Positions 30,113 to 41,734 of a DNA stretch of 64,000 nt are shown here, piece after piece. Source of the stretch: an uncultured Bacteroidota bacterium (lineage in GTDB: Bacteria; Bacteroidota; Bacteroidia; Flavobacteriales; UBA7312). The position numbers and the translations under genes were made by a program. The stretch covers positions 5,444-69,443 of the forward strand of contig CACHMF010000002.1 in NCBI GenBank assembly GCA_902580855.1, in the 5' to 3' direction. Below the pieces are notes generated by a model, which was given only the letters and a program-made list of their open reading frames with translations, searched no databases and was not told the origin of the DNA. The number at the start of each line of letters is the position of its first letter. Position 1 is the stretch's first letter.

Positions 30113-31441
30113 ATGAAAAAAAAGACCATCATACTAGGCGCAGGAATCAGCGGATTAAGTGCTGCTCATTTCTTATCAAAAAAAAGTGATGATTTTATCA
30201 TTTTAGAAGAAAATAATAAAGTTGGTGGCTGGATTAACTCTGAGAAAATTGACGGATATACATGTGAAAACGGACCTAACACTGTGCTCTTAAATAACAC
30301 TGCTTTTCTTGAACTTTTGAAAGATTTAAATCTGGATAAAGAGATTTGTAAACCTCAAGAAAGTGCTGCGGATAATCGATATGTACTTCATCAAAACAAA
30401 TTACAAAAGATTCCTACTAATCTATGGGAGTTTTTTGTTTCTCCTTTACTGAAATTGAGCGATAAACTTATTTTATTATCCGAACCATTTGTTAAAAAGC
30501 ACAAGACTAACACTAGTGTTGCCTCATTTTGTAAAAACCGATTTGGAGTTGGATTATATGAACAATTGATTATTCCTTTTGTAACAGGTATTTACGCAGG
30601 AAATCCTGAAAAAATGAGTGTTAAACATGCACTCAAATCGCTTTGGGAAATGGAACAAAAGTATGGAAGTGTATTCAAGGGGTTTTTAAAAAAGCAAAAA
30701 CTACATAAAAAGAACGATCTTCCCAAAGTTAAAATGTTTACTCTAAAAAAAGGATTAAGTCAATTAACAGATTCAATCGGAAAAAATTTAGAAAAAAAAC
30801 TTTTTCTCAATACTAGAGTTATAAAAATTGAAAAAGTTAATTCTGTTTTTACAATACATACTAATAATGGGGTGTTTGAATGCGAACAAATTATATGCAC
30901 ACTTCCTGCTAATGTTACATCAAAACTAATAATGGAAAATAGTCTTGTTGAAAAACTTCAAGATTTAGAATATGTACCTGTAGATGTTTTTCATTTTGGA
31001 TTTAATAAAAATCAAATTAAAAACCAATTTGAAGGATTTGGATTGTTAACCAAAAAAACTGACGAAAAACACTTTTTGGGGATGCTTTTTAATAGTCAAA
31101 TTTTTCCACATACCGCTCCAAAAGAAAAAGAACTTTTTACACTTATTGTTGGTGGAAGTCGTCAAGCAAAATTATGTCAAATGCAACCAAATGAATTACA
31201 GAAAATATTACTTAAAGAAGTATCTGAAATTCTTAGTGTGAAAGGAAATCCTAACTTTATCAAGCATGAAAGGTATAAAAAGGCAATACCTCAATATGGT
31301 TTAGACCATCAGGAGTTGGTGGAAGATGTCAAAAAATATCAAGTTGCTCACACTGGTTTTTATTTTTTGAGTAACTATATCGATGGCGTATCTGTCAGCG
31401 ACCGTGTTTTGAAATCATATAAGTTAATCAATAATTTTTAA
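30113..31441 (+). CDS. hemY: Protoporphyrinogen/coproporphyrinogen III oxidase, HemY family (FAD-dependent)
   Basis: N-terminal [10 protein letters not shown] dinucleotide-binding motif, ENGPNT motif, and a length around 440 aa. The ATG at 30113 is preferred. Confidence 0.7.
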   Translation: MKKKTIILGAGISGLSAAHFLSKKSDDFIILEENNKVGGWINSEKIDGYTCENGPNTVLLNNTAFLELLKDLNLDKEICKPQESAADNRYVLHQNKLQKIPTNLWEFFVSPLLKLSDKLILLSEPFVKKHKTNTSVASFCKNRFGVGLYEQLIIPFVTGIYAGNPEKMSVKHALKSLWEMEQKYGSVFKGFLKKQKLHKKNDLPKVKMFTLKKGLSQLTDSIGKNLEKKLFLNTRVIKIEKVNSVFTIHTNNGVFECEQIICTLPANVTSKLIMENSLVEKLQDLEYVPVDVFHFGFNKNQIKNQFEGFGLLTKKTDEKHFLGMLFNSQIFPHTAPKEKELFTLIVGGSRQAKLCQMQPNELQKILLKEVSEILSVKGNPNFIKHERYKKAIPQYGLDHQELVEDVKKYQVAHTGFYFLSNYIDGVSVSDRVLKSYKLINNF

Positions 31442-31466
31442 TTTAGAACTCCTATTTATCAATAAT

Positions 31467-34241
31467 ATGAAGAAATTATATTTTTTATCAGCAGTCATTA
31501 TTGTAATCATTGTTTTTGTACACCCAGATAAGAAGGTGAATTTTCATGATGGATTTAGAAAACCTAGCGAAGCGCCAGGTGGAAGAAAAGCATGGGATGC
31601 TAGCCGTCTAGTTGATCCGAGCACAGGAAAAATACCTTCAAACATTCGTTCTAAAGAGATGCGATTTGCTCAATCTCTTCCAAATGATTTTGGAAACAGT
31701 GGTCTAAATTGGGTTGCTGAAGGACCATACAATGTTGGAGGAAGAACACGAGCTTTAGCAATAGATTGTACTGATGAAAACATCTTATTAGCAGGAGGAG
31801 CTTCAGGTGGCGTATGGCGTTCTGTAGATCAAGGGCAAAGTTGGGAAAAAATGACTAAGCATTTTCAATTACACAATGTCACTTGTATTGACCAGGATAC
31901 TAGAATTGGAAAAGAACACATATGGTATCATGGAAGCGGAGAATTAAGCGGCTCATCCGCTGGTGGAGGTGGATCCTATTTTGATGGTAACGGAATATAC
32001 AAATCAGTAGATGGAGGCATAACTTGGGATTCGATACCTGTCACCGCTGACAATAATGCTGCTGGAAGCTTTAATCCATGGGATTTTATATGGAATATTG
32101 CCTTAGATCCTTCCAACAATACAGAAGATGAATTATACTGTGCAACTTATGGATCTATTCACCGATCTGTTGATGGAGGTCTAAGTTGGACTCAAATGCT
32201 TGGTGGAGGAAGTGCCTACTATAACAATGTTGAAGTAACGTCAAATGGAGTAGTTTACGCTACATTAAGCTCGGACGGCACTGACAAAGGAATTTGGCGA
32301 TCAGTTGACGGATTAAGTTGGAACCGAATTCAACCAATTACATTCCCTCAAGTTTACGGAAGAGCTGCAATTGGCATCAATCCATCTAATGAAAATGAAA
32401 TCTACTTCCTAATTGCCGAAACCGATGGAGCCGGACAATACACAAACACTTTCTTTAATGGAGAAACATGGACTTCCCTGTATAAGTACACATACTTATG
32501 CGGTGATGGAAGTGATACTTGTGGAGTTTGGGAAGATTTATCTGCAAATATACCTGCTAACCGACCAAGTACTTTTGACAATTTCAATGCTCAAGGTGGT
32601 TATGATTTGTTGGTGAAAGTGAAAACCGATGAACCCAATGTAGTATTCATTGGAGGAACTAATTTATGGAGGTCTACAGATGGATTTACGTCCGACACAA
32701 ATACGGCACAAATTGGCGGATATTTTGAAGGATCTTTTCATGGACAAGGTAATTGGGATATTTATGACACACACCATCCTGACCAACATGATTTATTGTT
32801 TTTACCATCCAACCCTGATGTTATTTTAAGCGCAACAGACGGAGGGGTTTATAAATCGAATGATTGTAAGGCAACACCACATGTTTGGCAGCGACTAAAT
32901 AACGGATACCAAACTACACAACTATATTCTGTTTCCATTAGTAAAGATCCCAACAATCCGGTCATCCTAGGTGGATTTCAAGACAACGGAAACTTTGTGA
33001 ACTTTTCAGGAGACCCGCTATATGAATGGACCATGCCTTTTAATGGAGATGGCACCTATTCCGAAATTGCTGATAACAACGAAGATTTTTACATTCAGAT
33101 TCAGCGAGGTGTACTTTATAAAATGAAACTGGATAACAGTGGAAATATTTTAGCCTTTAACAGGATGGACCCTGCTGACGCTGACACTGCTGATTTTCAG
33201 TTCATTAATCAAATATGTATGGTTCCTGACAATGATGACTACCTATATTTTCCTGAAGGAAATACTATATGGAGACAAAATGCTGCAAATAATTTTCCAT
33301 ATAACAATGATCATAACAGAATTATGGATGGATGGACTGAGCTTCAACCTTCATTTTTTGGAACAGATACCCTACAAGAAATTACTGCTATTGCAGCTAC
33401 CTTGTTTTCTCACAACAAAGTGTACTATGGAACTAATGAAGGAAAACTATACAGGATAAACAACGCTAGTTTCACAAACCCTCCGCATACTGAAATTACA
33501 CACAGCCTATTTCCAAATAGTGGTCATATAACAAACATTTGCATAGATCCAATTAATCCGAATAAACTCATTGTTACTTTCTCCAATTACAATACAAATT
33601 CTGTTTTTTATTCTGAGGATGGAGGGTCTACCTGGGGTAATATTTCTGGAAATCTTGAAGAACCTAATGGATCTGGCTTTTATACAGGATCTGGTAACGG
33701 ACCATCATGTAGAGCTGCACAAATTTTATACGTCAACAACTCTCCAATTTACTTTATGGCAACAAGCACAGGGCTTTATGCTACTGACAGTTTAGCACCT
33801 TACTTTACAGGATTTACTCAAAATTTAACAACAGAATGGAAACAAATAGGAACCGAAGAAATAGGAAATGTGGTAGTAGAAAGTATTAAGGTCAGACAGG
33901 ATGACGGAAAGATTGTTGTTGGAACACATGGTACCGGTGTTTATTCGACTACTATTACTGATATTACTGATATTTTTCCAAGCTCATCTAATATTGCTAA
34001 TATTGAACAAAATCAATTCAATATTTATCCTAACCCGTCTAACTCATTAGTTAATATAATTTGGGAAAACAGCTATAACAAATTACTTATCTTCAATTCA
34101 CTTGGCAAAGAGGTAAAAAGCATGAAGGTTACGAACCAATCAAACATACAACTTTCTGTTGAAGATTGGTCGAAAGGAATATATTATATCACTTTAAAAA
34201 ATGAAAAAGAAGAACAAACTCAAAAAATTATTGTTCAATAA
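31467..34241 (+). CDS. Secreted BNR/Asp-box repeat protein with T9SS C-terminal sorting domain
   Basis: Multiple SxDxGxTW Asp-boxes (SVDQGQSW, SVDGGITW, SVDGGLSW, SVDGLSW, SEDGGSTW). C-terminal IYPNPSNSLVNI...GIYYITLK...QKIIVQ sorting domain. Confidence 0.8.
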   Translation: MKKLYFLSAVIIVIIVFVHPDKKVNFHDGFRKPSEAPGGRKAWDASRLVDPSTGKIPSNIRSKEMRFAQSLPNDFGNSGLNWVAEGPYNVGGRTRALAIDCTDENILLAGGASGGVWRSVDQGQSWEKMTKHFQLHNVTCIDQDTRIGKEHIWYHGSGELSGSSAGGGGSYFDGNGIYKSVDGGITWDSIPVTADNNAAGSFNPWDFIWNIALDPSNNTEDELYCATYGSIHRSVDGGLSWTQMLGGGSAYYNNVEVTSNGVVYATLSSDGTDKGIWRSVDGLSWNRIQPITFPQVYGRAAIGINPSNENEIYFLIAETDGAGQYTNTFFNGETWTSLYKYTYLCGDGSDTCGVWEDLSANIPANRPSTFDNFNAQGGYDLLVKVKTDEPNVVFIGGTNLWRSTDGFTSDTNTAQIGGYFEGSFHGQGNWDIYDTHHPDQHDLLFLPSNPDVILSATDGGVYKSNDCKATPHVWQRLNNGYQTTQLYSVSISKDPNNPVILGGFQDNGNFVNFSGDPLYEWTMPFNGDGTYSEIADNNEDFYIQIQRGVLYKMKLDNSGNILAFNRMDPADADTADFQFINQICMVPDNDDYLYFPEGNTIWRQNAANNFPYNNDHNRIMDGWTELQPSFFGTDTLQEITAIAATLFSHNKVYYGTNEGKLYRINNASFTNPPHTEITHSLFPNSGHITNICIDPINPNKLIVTFSNYNTNSVFYSEDGGSTWGNISGNLEEPNGSGFYTGSGNGPSCRAAQILYVNNSPIYFMATSTGLYATDSLAPYFTGFTQNLTTEWKQIGTEEIGNVVVESIKVRQDDGKIVVGTHGTGVYSTTITDITDIFPSSSNIANIEQNQFNIYPNPSNSLVNIIWENSYNKLLIFNSLGKEVKSMKVTNQSNIQLSVEDWSKGIYYITLKNEKEEQTQKIIVQ

Positions 34242-34274
34242 AAAAACACGATAACTCGGGGCTTTTCTTTTTTT

Positions 34275-35012
34275 TTAAAATTCATAGGAAACTCCATTTA
34301 TTACATGATAATTGAGTAGTGGTACTGCTTCCGCAGGCTGACTATCGAATGTGATATTGCCCGTAATTTTAAACTCAAACTGTTTATTGAGTGCTAGTTT
34401 CAAAGTTGTTTGCGAACTCATTCTATAATCGCTCCAATTCGTTAAAAGGGGTTGATAGTAATTCGTAGTACTTAGGCTAATGTTCTCATTAACCTGAAAA
34501 GCAAAACTAAGGTAGTGGCTCAAACGAATTTGCACAAAAGGATCTGCATCTACAGGGTTTTCATACTCATTCATGGAGGAAAATCCCATCGCAAACTGCA
34601 ATGAATCATTTTTAACCAATTGCCAACGAGTACCTACACCCATTAACATCCTAAACTGAATCTTTTGCGCTTTATCATATTGGTGCTGTATAAAGCCTTC
34701 AAATCCTAGCTTCTTATTTTGATAGATGTATCTAAAATGCTGATATCCTTTATTCAGCCAATCTTCCTCTCCTTCTTTTTGTACAAAAGAAATGTCATTC
34801 AGTAACAAATAGGTATGATTCTCTTTACTGTATTGCAAGTTTACATTATTGTTAAACTGCAATATTTGAGCCGTGTTTTTAATAAGGTTTAAACCTAAAT
34901 CAAAAGTCCCTACAAAACCCTCCTTATCGGCAGACAAACGCTTGTTTTCTACATTGATTATTTGTCCGAAAGAACAAAGTGGCAATAATATAAACAAGAG
35001 TATGTATCGCAT
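34275..35012 (-). CDS. Outer-membrane beta-barrel protein (DUF481-like), hypothetical
   Basis: Signal peptide, alternating-hydrophobicity strands, and a C-terminal aromatic residue (..SYEF). The start overlaps the valS stop by 1 nt (TAATG). Confidence 0.45.
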   Translation of the reverse strand: MRYILLFILLPLCSFGQIINVENKRLSADKEGFVGTFDLGLNLIKNTAQILQFNNNVNLQYSKENHTYLLLNDISFVQKEGEEDWLNKGYQHFRYIYQNKKLGFEGFIQHQYDKAQKIQFRMLMGVGTRWQLVKNDSLQFAMGFSSMNEYENPVDADPFVQIRLSHYLSFAFQVNENISLSTTNYYQPLLTNWSDYRMSSQTTLKLALNKQFEFKITGNITFDSQPAEAVPLLNYHVINGVSYEF

Positions 35013-37624
35013 TAGCTTAATGCAGCTATCTGCTCTTCTAAAACAGTAATTTTAGATAGTGCATCGGCTTGTTTTTTACGCTCTATAACAACAACTTGCT
35101 CCGGTGCATTGTTTACAAATCGTTCGTTTTTCAACTTCCCTTCTACCGATTTTAAAAACCCTTTAGTGTAATCCAATTCTTTTTGTAGTTTATCTATCTC
35201 TGCTTCTACATCAATACTGGCTGATCCTAAAGGAATAAAATACTCATTGGATTTTACTAAGAAAGAGAAAGCTCCTTCTATTTTTTCATCTACATAATTA
35301 ATACTAGAAAGGTTACCTAGTTTAGCGATAACCGCATCGAAAGCAGTATTTAATGATGCATTTATTTTTACAGAAAAATCAAGTACTTCCTTGTTTGCAA
35401 TATTCTTTTGTTTTCGAATATTTCTAATTCCAGAAATCACCTCAGCAGCTACTTCAAAATCCGTTAACACTTGATTGTTTATGGTATTGGTCTGCGGCCA
35501 ATCAGTTACAATAATATCATCTGTTCTTTCTTTAATAGCATGCCACACCTCTTCTGTTAAAAATGGCATGAATGGGTGAAGCAGTTTTAGTAAATCTTCC
35601 AAAAACTCAATAGTAGTAGTCAAAGTTACTTGGTCAATCGGCTGTTGATAAGCCGGCTTTACCATTTCTAAATACCAGGAGCAGAAATCATCCCACACTA
35701 ATTTATAGGTGCTCATCAATGCTTCCGATATTCTATATTGACTGTAAGAAGCATCTATCTCTGTAATGGTTTTATTCAGTTTTTGTTGAAACCACTCAAT
35801 GGCCACTTTTGCCGACTCTGGTTGTGCTATGTCTGCTGCCTCCCATCCTTTTATTAAACGGAATGCATTCCAAATTTTATTCGAGAAATTTCTTCCTTGT
35901 TCACACAGGGCTTCATCAAAAGGCAAATCGTTTCCTGCAGGAGAACAAAGTAACATTCCAACACGCACACCATCTGCTCCATATTTGTCCATTAGCTCTA
36001 TTGGGTCTGGAGAGTTCCCTAAGGATTTGGACATTTTACGCCCTTGCTTATCGCGCACTATACCAGTTAAATATACATTCTTAAAAGGCATATCTCCTAT
36101 ATACTCATAACCGGCCATGATCATACGCGCTACCCAGAAAAATAAAATTTCTGGAGCTGTTACTAAATCATTTGTTGGATAATAGTAATTTATTTCTTCA
36201 TTGTCTGGGTTTTTAATTCCATCAAAAACAGAGATAGGCCACAACCAAGAAGAAAACCATGTATCTAACACATCCTCATCTTGTCGCAAATCTTCCATGC
36301 TTACACTTGGTTTTTCTGCTTGCGCTAGCTTCAATGCATCTGCTGCTGTTTCTGCTACTACATACTTATTTCCATCATAGAAATAAGCAGGTATGCGTTG
36401 TCCCCACCAGAGCTGACGTGAAACACACCAATCCTTGATGTTTTCCATCCAGTGGCGGTAAGTATTTTTAAACTTAGCTGGATGAAAATGAATGTTGTCA
36501 TTCATCACATTATCCAAAGCAGGCTTAGAAAATTCTCCCATTTTGAAAAACCATTGCATAGATAGCTTTGGTTCAATAACAGCATCTGTTCTTTCAGAAA
36601 AACCAACTTTGTTTTGGTAATCTTCCGTTTTTACTAAAAACCCTTTTGCATCTAAGTCCTTGACAATTTGTTTTCTGACCTCAAATCGATCTTGCCCCAC
36701 ATAAAGTTGAGCCGCCTCATTAAGTGTTCCATCATCATTTAAAATGTCAATGGTTTCTAAGGAATGCTTATCCCCTAATTGATAATCGTTTATATCATGA
36801 GCGGGAGTAATCTTCAAGGCGCCAGTACCAAATTCCATATCAACATACTCATCAAAAATAACTGGTATGTTTCGACCGATTAGTGGAACAATGGCTTTTG
36901 CTCCTTTCAAGTGTTTATATTGTTCGTCATTTGGATTCACACAAATTGCAGAGTCTCCTAAAATAGTTTCTGGACGAGTAGTAGCAATTGTTAGTTTTTC
37001 ATCGCTACCTTCAATATCATAAGCAATATGGTATAATTTAGAATTCACTTCCTTATGAATTACCTCCTCATCAGAAAGTGCTGTTTGTGCTACAGGATCC
37101 CAATTTACCATTCGAATACCTCTATAGATAAGTCCCTTTTTATGAAGATCTACAAACACATTTATAACCGCAGCACTCATATCCTCATCCATGGTGAACT
37201 TAGTGCGTTCCCAATCACATGAAGCTCCTAACTTCTTAAGCTGCTCTAGGATAATTCCACCATGCTTCTTTTTCCATTCCCAAGCGTGTTGTAAAAATTC
37301 ATCTCTAGATAAAGAAGACTTATCAATTCCTTCTTTAGCTAATTTTTGCACCACCTTAGCTTCTGTAGCAATAGAAGCGTGATCCGTTCCTGGAACCCAA
37401 CAAGCATTGAACCCCTGCATACGAGCTCTACGAATCAATACATCCTGCAAGGTGTTATTCAGCATATGGCCCATATGTAACACTCCTGTTACATTTGGAG
37501 GAGGTATTACAATTGTATAAGGCTCTCGTTCGTCTGGAGTAGAATGAAAATATCCTTTTTCCATCCAATGCGAATACCACTTATCTTCTACTTTCTTTGG
37601 TTCGTATGTTTTAGCAATGCTCAT
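35012..37624 (-). CDS. valS: Valine--tRNA ligase
   Basis: Class I HIGH ([12 protein letters not shown]) and KMSKS motifs, 870 aa, and a C-terminal coiled coil. Confidence 0.97.
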   Translation of the reverse strand: MSIAKTYEPKKVEDKWYSHWMEKGYFHSTPDEREPYTIVIPPPNVTGVLHMGHMLNNTLQDVLIRRARMQGFNACWVPGTDHASIATEAKVVQKLAKEGIDKSSLSRDEFLQHAWEWKKKHGGIILEQLKKLGASCDWERTKFTMDEDMSAAVINVFVDLHKKGLIYRGIRMVNWDPVAQTALSDEEVIHKEVNSKLYHIAYDIEGSDEKLTIATTRPETILGDSAICVNPNDEQYKHLKGAKAIVPLIGRNIPVIFDEYVDMEFGTGALKITPAHDINDYQLGDKHSLETIDILNDDGTLNEAAQLYVGQDRFEVRKQIVKDLDAKGFLVKTEDYQNKVGFSERTDAVIEPKLSMQWFFKMGEFSKPALDNVMNDNIHFHPAKFKNTYRHWMENIKDWCVSRQLWWGQRIPAYFYDGNKYVVAETAADALKLAQAEKPSVSMEDLRQDEDVLDTWFSSWLWPISVFDGIKNPDNEEINYYYPTNDLVTAPEILFFWVARMIMAGYEYIGDMPFKNVYLTGIVRDKQGRKMSKSLGNSPDPIELMDKYGADGVRVGMLLCSPAGNDLPFDEALCEQGRNFSNKIWNAFRLIKGWEAADIAQPESAKVAIEWFQQKLNKTITEIDASYSQYRISEALMSTYKLVWDDFCSWYLEMVKPAYQQPIDQVTLTTTIEFLEDLLKLLHPFMPFLTEEVWHAIKERTDDIIVTDWPQTNTINNQVLTDFEVAAEVISGIRNIRKQKNIANKEVLDFSVKINASLNTAFDAVIAKLGNLSSINYVDEKIEGAFSFLVKSNEYFIPLGSASIDVEAEIDKLQKELDYTKGFLKSVEGKLKNERFVNNAPEQVVVIERKKQADALSKITVLEEQIAALS

Positions 37625-37699
37625 TGCAAATTTTTCAATTAAAAATCAAGAGACAAATTTACTAATTTACCCCTAATAACATTCCATATAAACCAGCAA

Positions 37700-37747
37700 T
37701 TGAATGCAAACAATAAATTGCTACATTTGTGGTTCTTATTTAAGAAC
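37700..37747 (+). promoter_or_regulatory. Promoter (TTG-N19-TACATTTG) followed by a 16-nt perfect palindrome at the predicted transcript start
   Basis: -33 TTG at 37700-37702 and -7 TACATTTG at 37722-37729. The palindrome GTTCTTA-TT-TAAGAAC lies at 37732-37747, 18 nt upstream of the DUF1573 ATG. Confidence 0.45.
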
Positions 37748-37764
37748 AATTAGAAAAAAAAACA

Positions 37765-38205
37765 ATGAAAAAAGTTTTAGTCACATTAGGGTTAATTGGA
37801 GCTTGTTTTGGTCTTTACGCTCAAGATGCTACAAAAGGTGGTCCTCAAATGAAATTTGAAACACCTGTAATTGATTACGGTACTATTGAGCACAAAGCAG
37901 ACGGTCAGCGCGAATTCGTTTTCACAAACACTGGAGATGCTCCATTAATTATTTCCAACGCCAGAGGATCTTGTGGATGTACGGTTCCTATATGGCCAAA
38001 AGAACCAATTGCACCGGGTGCAACTGGAAAAATTGATGTTAAATATGACACAAAAAGAATTGGTAAATTTACCAAGACAATTACACTAACAACAAACACA
38101 GTTCAGAAAAATAAAATTCTCACGATAAAAGGGGAAGTTTTAAAACCTGCTGAAGCGCCTCAAGCTCCTAGCAAGCCAAAAAAATCTCCTTTAGAAGTTA
38201 ACTAA
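37765..38205 (+). CDS. DUF1573 domain-containing secreted protein
   Basis: Signal peptide plus the DUF1573 pattern (FxFTNTGDAPLII...GSCGCTVP.WPKEPIAPG..G.I.V.Y). Pro/Lys-rich C-terminal tail. Confidence 0.75.
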   Translation: MKKVLVTLGLIGACFGLYAQDATKGGPQMKFETPVIDYGTIEHKADGQREFVFTNTGDAPLIISNARGSCGCTVPIWPKEPIAPGATGKIDVKYDTKRIGKFTKTITLTTNTVQKNKILTIKGEVLKPAEAPQAPSKPKKSPLEVN

Positions 38206-38231
38206 ATTTTAATAGTTTTTTTACGACCTTT

Positions 38232-38258
38232 ACACCCCCAAATTGGGGGTGTTTTTTT
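38232..38258 (+). terminator. Rho-independent terminator
   Basis: ACACCCCCA-aat-TGGGGGTGT hairpin followed by T7. Confidence 0.85.
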
Positions 38259-38274
38259 ATCAAACCAAATCATT

Positions 38275-39474
38275 ATGCCAAGAATATCAGACAAAGGGAT
38301 ACGCATGCCAGAATCACCAATTCGTAAATTGGTACCGTTTGCTGAAGCAGCTAAAAAAGAAGGTAAAACTGTTTTTCACCTCAATATTGGTCAACCAGAC
38401 ATTAAAACTCCTGAAGTAGCATTAGAAGCTATTCATAATTTTAGCGATAAGGTTGTTGAATATAGCCACTCTGCTGGTTTCGAAAGCTATCGCAAAGGAC
38501 TCGCTTCATATTATCAAAATTTAGGTATTGACATTAACCATGAGAACATTATGGTAACCACAGGTGGGTCAGAAGCACTTTTGTTTGGCTTGAATAGTTG
38601 TTTAGATGCAGGTGATGAAATCATCATTCCTGAACCGTTTTATGCCAATTACAACGGATTTTCTATTTCAGCTGGAGTTAATGTTAAACCTATTGGCACC
38701 AACATCAACAATGGATTTGCACTGCCTGCTATTGAAGAGTTTGAAAAACTAATCACTCCAAAAACAAAAGCTATTCTAATATGCAATCCTGGAAATCCAA
38801 CAGGGTATTTATATTCTAAAGGAGAATTAGAAACACTTAAAAACATTGTTATTAAACACGATCTATTCTTATTTGCTGATGAGGTGTACCGAGAGTTCTG
38901 CTATGATGGGAACCAACACCATTCTGTATTGAATATGCAAGGTATGGAAAAAAATGCCATCGTTATCGACTCTACTTCCAAACGCTTCTCTATGTGTGGA
39001 ATTCGTATAGGGTGTATCGTTTCAAAAAACAAAGAAGTAATGGATACCGCCTTGAAATTTGCACAAGCACGTTTATCCCCTCCTACTTTCGGACAGGTTG
39101 CTGGAGAAGCTGCTCTTAACACCCCTATTTCTTATTTTGAAGAAGTAAGTGCTGAGTATGTAGAGCGTAGAGATTTACTGATTGATGGGCTTAATAAAAT
39201 TGAAGGTGTAGTTTGCCCAAAGCCAAAAGGAGCTTTTTATTGTATTGCCGAACTACCTGTAGATGATGCCGACAAATTTGCACAATGGCTTTTGGAAGAT
39301 TTCTCTTATGAAGGGGCAACCATTATGGTAGCACCAGCTGCAGGATTTTATTCTACCCCAAACACAGGCACTAAGCAAGTTCGAATTGCGTATGTACTTA
39401 ACAAAAAATCATTACAAAAGGCAGTTAAATGTTTAGAGGAGGCTTTGAAAGTTTATCCAGGAAGAACACTATAA
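38275..39474 (+). CDS. Pyridoxal-phosphate-dependent aminotransferase, class I (aspartate/alanine aminotransferase-like)
   Basis: SPIRKL, NPGNPTG and SKRFSMCGIRIG (PLP-lysine) motifs. Confidence 0.9.
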   Translation: MPRISDKGIRMPESPIRKLVPFAEAAKKEGKTVFHLNIGQPDIKTPEVALEAIHNFSDKVVEYSHSAGFESYRKGLASYYQNLGIDINHENIMVTTGGSEALLFGLNSCLDAGDEIIIPEPFYANYNGFSISAGVNVKPIGTNINNGFALPAIEEFEKLITPKTKAILICNPGNPTGYLYSKGELETLKNIVIKHDLFLFADEVYREFCYDGNQHHSVLNMQGMEKNAIVIDSTSKRFSMCGIRIGCIVSKNKEVMDTALKFAQARLSPPTFGQVAGEAALNTPISYFEEVSAEYVERRDLLIDGLNKIEGVVCPKPKGAFYCIAELPVDDADKFAQWLLEDFSYEGATIMVAPAAGFYSTPNTGTKQVRIAYVLNKKSLQKAVKCLEEALKVYPGRTL

Positions 39475-39477
39475 ACA

Positions 39478-39963
39478 GTGGATTTAAAACAACATCAACT
39501 CGATAGCCAAAGAGTTAAAAAGGAGAATGTTAAATTCTTTAAACAACTCAAAAAGGTTAAACCAAAGGTACTGGACAAGTATATTCATATAATACATGAA
39601 GAGACTTTTTCTTGTATTGATTGCTTACAGTGTGCTAACTGTTGTAGTACAACAGGCCCTCTTTTTACCGATAAAGACATTAGCAGAATAGCAAAATATC
39701 TAAGTATTAAACCTTCGGATTTTACCGAACAATTCTTGCACATTGATGAAGACAATGATTATGTTTTACAATCTGTCCCTTGCACTTTTTTAGATGCTGA
39801 CAATCAATGTTCTATTTACCATGTGCGACCAAAAGCGTGCAGAGAATATCCACATACAAATAGAATCAAACAACATCAGTTGCTTAAACTCACTGAAAAA
39901 AATGTAAGTATTTGTCCAGCTGTTTTTCAAATAGTTGAAAAGCTGAAAAATCAATTAAAATAA
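39478..39963 (+). CDS. YkgJ family cysteine-cluster protein
   Basis: CIDCLQCANCC plus downstream C...C...C pattern (CSIYHVRPKACREYP). Apparent GTG start. Confidence 0.7.
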   Translation: MDLKQHQLDSQRVKKENVKFFKQLKKVKPKVLDKYIHIIHEETFSCIDCLQCANCCSTTGPLFTDKDISRIAKYLSIKPSDFTEQFLHIDEDNDYVLQSVPCTFLDADNQCSIYHVRPKACREYPHTNRIKQHQLLKLTEKNVSICPAVFQIVEKLKNQLK

Positions 39964-40014
39964 GCTGTTAAATTTTAATAATTTATATTTAATAGTTTGT
40001 TAAAAAATTACACA

Positions 40015-41703
40015 ATGAATAAAAAATTATACATATCGATTTTTCTATTATTCTCATTTAAAGCTTTTTCTCAGAACATAATCAAGATTGATGGTTTTTT
40101 TGATGATTGGAATAATAATCAAAACACCTATTTAGATGACACATTAGATTCGCAAGGTGTTGATTTATTGAGCTTTTCAGTATGTGATGATGTTGATAAT
40201 TTATATATACGAATTAAATTATCAGATGAAATTGATTTGACTGAACAGTTTTACAATCCTGCAAAAATCTATATTAATATTGATGCAGATAATAATCCTT
40301 CTAGTGGTTACTATTCTAATGGAATTGGTTCTGAATATGGAATAAATTTCTTTGATAAATTTATTTTTGATGACACAAATTACCCGACAGTTGATACACT
40401 ATCTTTATATGATTTAGATATTATTCCATTACCTACATACTCATCAGATGAATTTGAAATTGCAATAAATAGGACTTTTTTTTCAGACACAATTCTTATC
40501 TCTATTAGAGAAACAGTTGGTAACGATTTTATGCCTAATAATGGCTCTATCTTTACATATATATTTAATAATTGTTCTTCTCCTTCAGTAAACCATACAA
40601 ATTTTTTGAAAAATGATTCAAATAATTTACGTCTTTTAACTTATAATGTATTGAGCAATGGGCTTACAAGTAACAATAGAATTGAAAAACATAAAAGAAT
40701 ATTTAATAGTGTAAATGCAGATATTATTACTTACCAAGAATGTGGAAACACTAATTACAATGATGTCATTAGCTTTTTAGACACTAATATTACAAATTAC
40801 CCTTACATATATCCTGATCTAAACTCTGGAAATCTCACAATATCAAGATATCCATCCATCCAATCTTGGCAAGTCTATAATAAAATTGATGCAGAATTGA
40901 TTGACTTACCTGATAATATATACTCTACTGATATTTTAATAATCAATGCTCACCCTCCTTGTTGTAATAATAATGCAGGTCGACAAGAAAATTTTGACGC
41001 ATTAATTAATTTTATTCAAGATGCTAAAACAATAGGCGGAGTAATAGATTTACCAATAAATACACCAATTTCTTTTTCTGGAGACATGAACTTAGTCGGG
41101 TATTCAGAGCAGTATTATACTATTTTAAATGGGACAATTTCAGACACTATTAATTTTGGAAATGGCGGCTATCCAGATTGGGACAACTCTCCACTTAAAG
41201 ATCAAATATGTTATTTTAATGAAAAAGATATTGCGTATACGTGGGACAAATGGAATCCGTCTATTGGAGATTATCCTCCAGGAAGATTAGACTTTGTATT
41301 CTTTACTAATAGTGTAATGTCAGTAGATAAATCTTTTATTATTTCTACAGAACATATGAGTCCATTATTATTAGCGCAAAACAATTTATATAATAATGAC
41401 ACAGATGCTTCAGATCACTTACCTGTTATTGTTGACTTTGTTTTGCCGACTATTACTCAATCTTGGGATTGTGATGGTCAAGGTATTTGTTTTGATCCAG
41501 GAACAGGTAATGGATTGTATAGTTCGTTATCGTCTTGTCAGTTAAACTGTTTAATTCCTTCAGATATTCATGAACATAAAACTGAAAAAAAAATACTACG
41601 TATTATTGATTTACTAGGGAGGAAAGTTAAAAGAACAAACAATACTGTTCTTATTTATCTTTATGATGATGGTTCAGTTGAAAAAAAGATAATTATAAAA
41701 TAG
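40015..41703 (+). CDS. Secreted endonuclease/exonuclease/phosphatase (EEP) family protein with Cys-rich linker and short T9SS-like C-terminal tail
   Basis: Signal peptide. EEP motifs LLTYNVL, ITYQEC and SDHLPVIVDF. Then SWDCDGQGICFDPGTGNGLYSSLSSCQLNC and a tail ..ILRIIDLLGRKV...VLIYLYDDGSVEKKIIIK. The ATG at 40015 is preferred. Confidence 0.75.
   Translation: MNKKLYISIFLLFSFKAFSQNIIKIDGFFDDWNNNQNTYLDDTLDSQGVDLLSFSVCDDVDNLYIRIKLSDEIDLTEQFYNPAKIYINIDADNNPSSGYYSNGIGSEYGINFFDKFIFDDTNYPTVDTLSLYDLDIIPLPTYSSDEFEIAINRTFFSDTILISIRETVGNDFMPNNGSIFTYIFNNCSSPSVNHTNFLKNDSNNLRLLTYNVLSNGLTSNNRIEKHKRIFNSVNADIITYQECGNTNYNDVISFLDTNITNYPYIYPDLNSGNLTISRYPSIQSWQVYNKIDAELIDLPDNIYSTDILIINAHPPCCNNNAGRQENFDALINFIQDAKTIGGVIDLPINTPISFSGDMNLVGYSEQYYTILNGTISDTINFGNGGYPDWDNSPLKDQICYFNEKDIAYTWDKWNPSIGDYPPGRLDFVFFTNSVMSVDKSFIISTEHMSPLLLAQNNLYNNDTDASDHLPVIVDFVLPTITQSWDCDGQGICFDPGTGNGLYSSLSSCQLNCLIPSDIHEHKTEKKILRIIDLLGRKVKRTNNTVLIYLYDDGSVEKKIIIK
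41461..41531 (+). repeat. Inverted-repeat arm A (71 nt, 68/71 identical to the reverse complement of 42514-42584)
   Basis: Direct comparison of the two strands shows mismatches only at 41486, 41520 and 41526. Identity falls to roughly 60% immediately 3' of the arm, and there is no similarity 5' of it. Confidence 0.95.
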
Positions 41704-41734
41704 TTCCCTACGGAACAAATTCTTTACTAAATAA

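Noticed and set aside
34242-34274. A7 ... T9 runs between the convergent BNR/T9SS gene and the DUF481-like gene
   Set aside because: It looks terminator-like because of the A/T runs, but no stable stem can be drawn between them.
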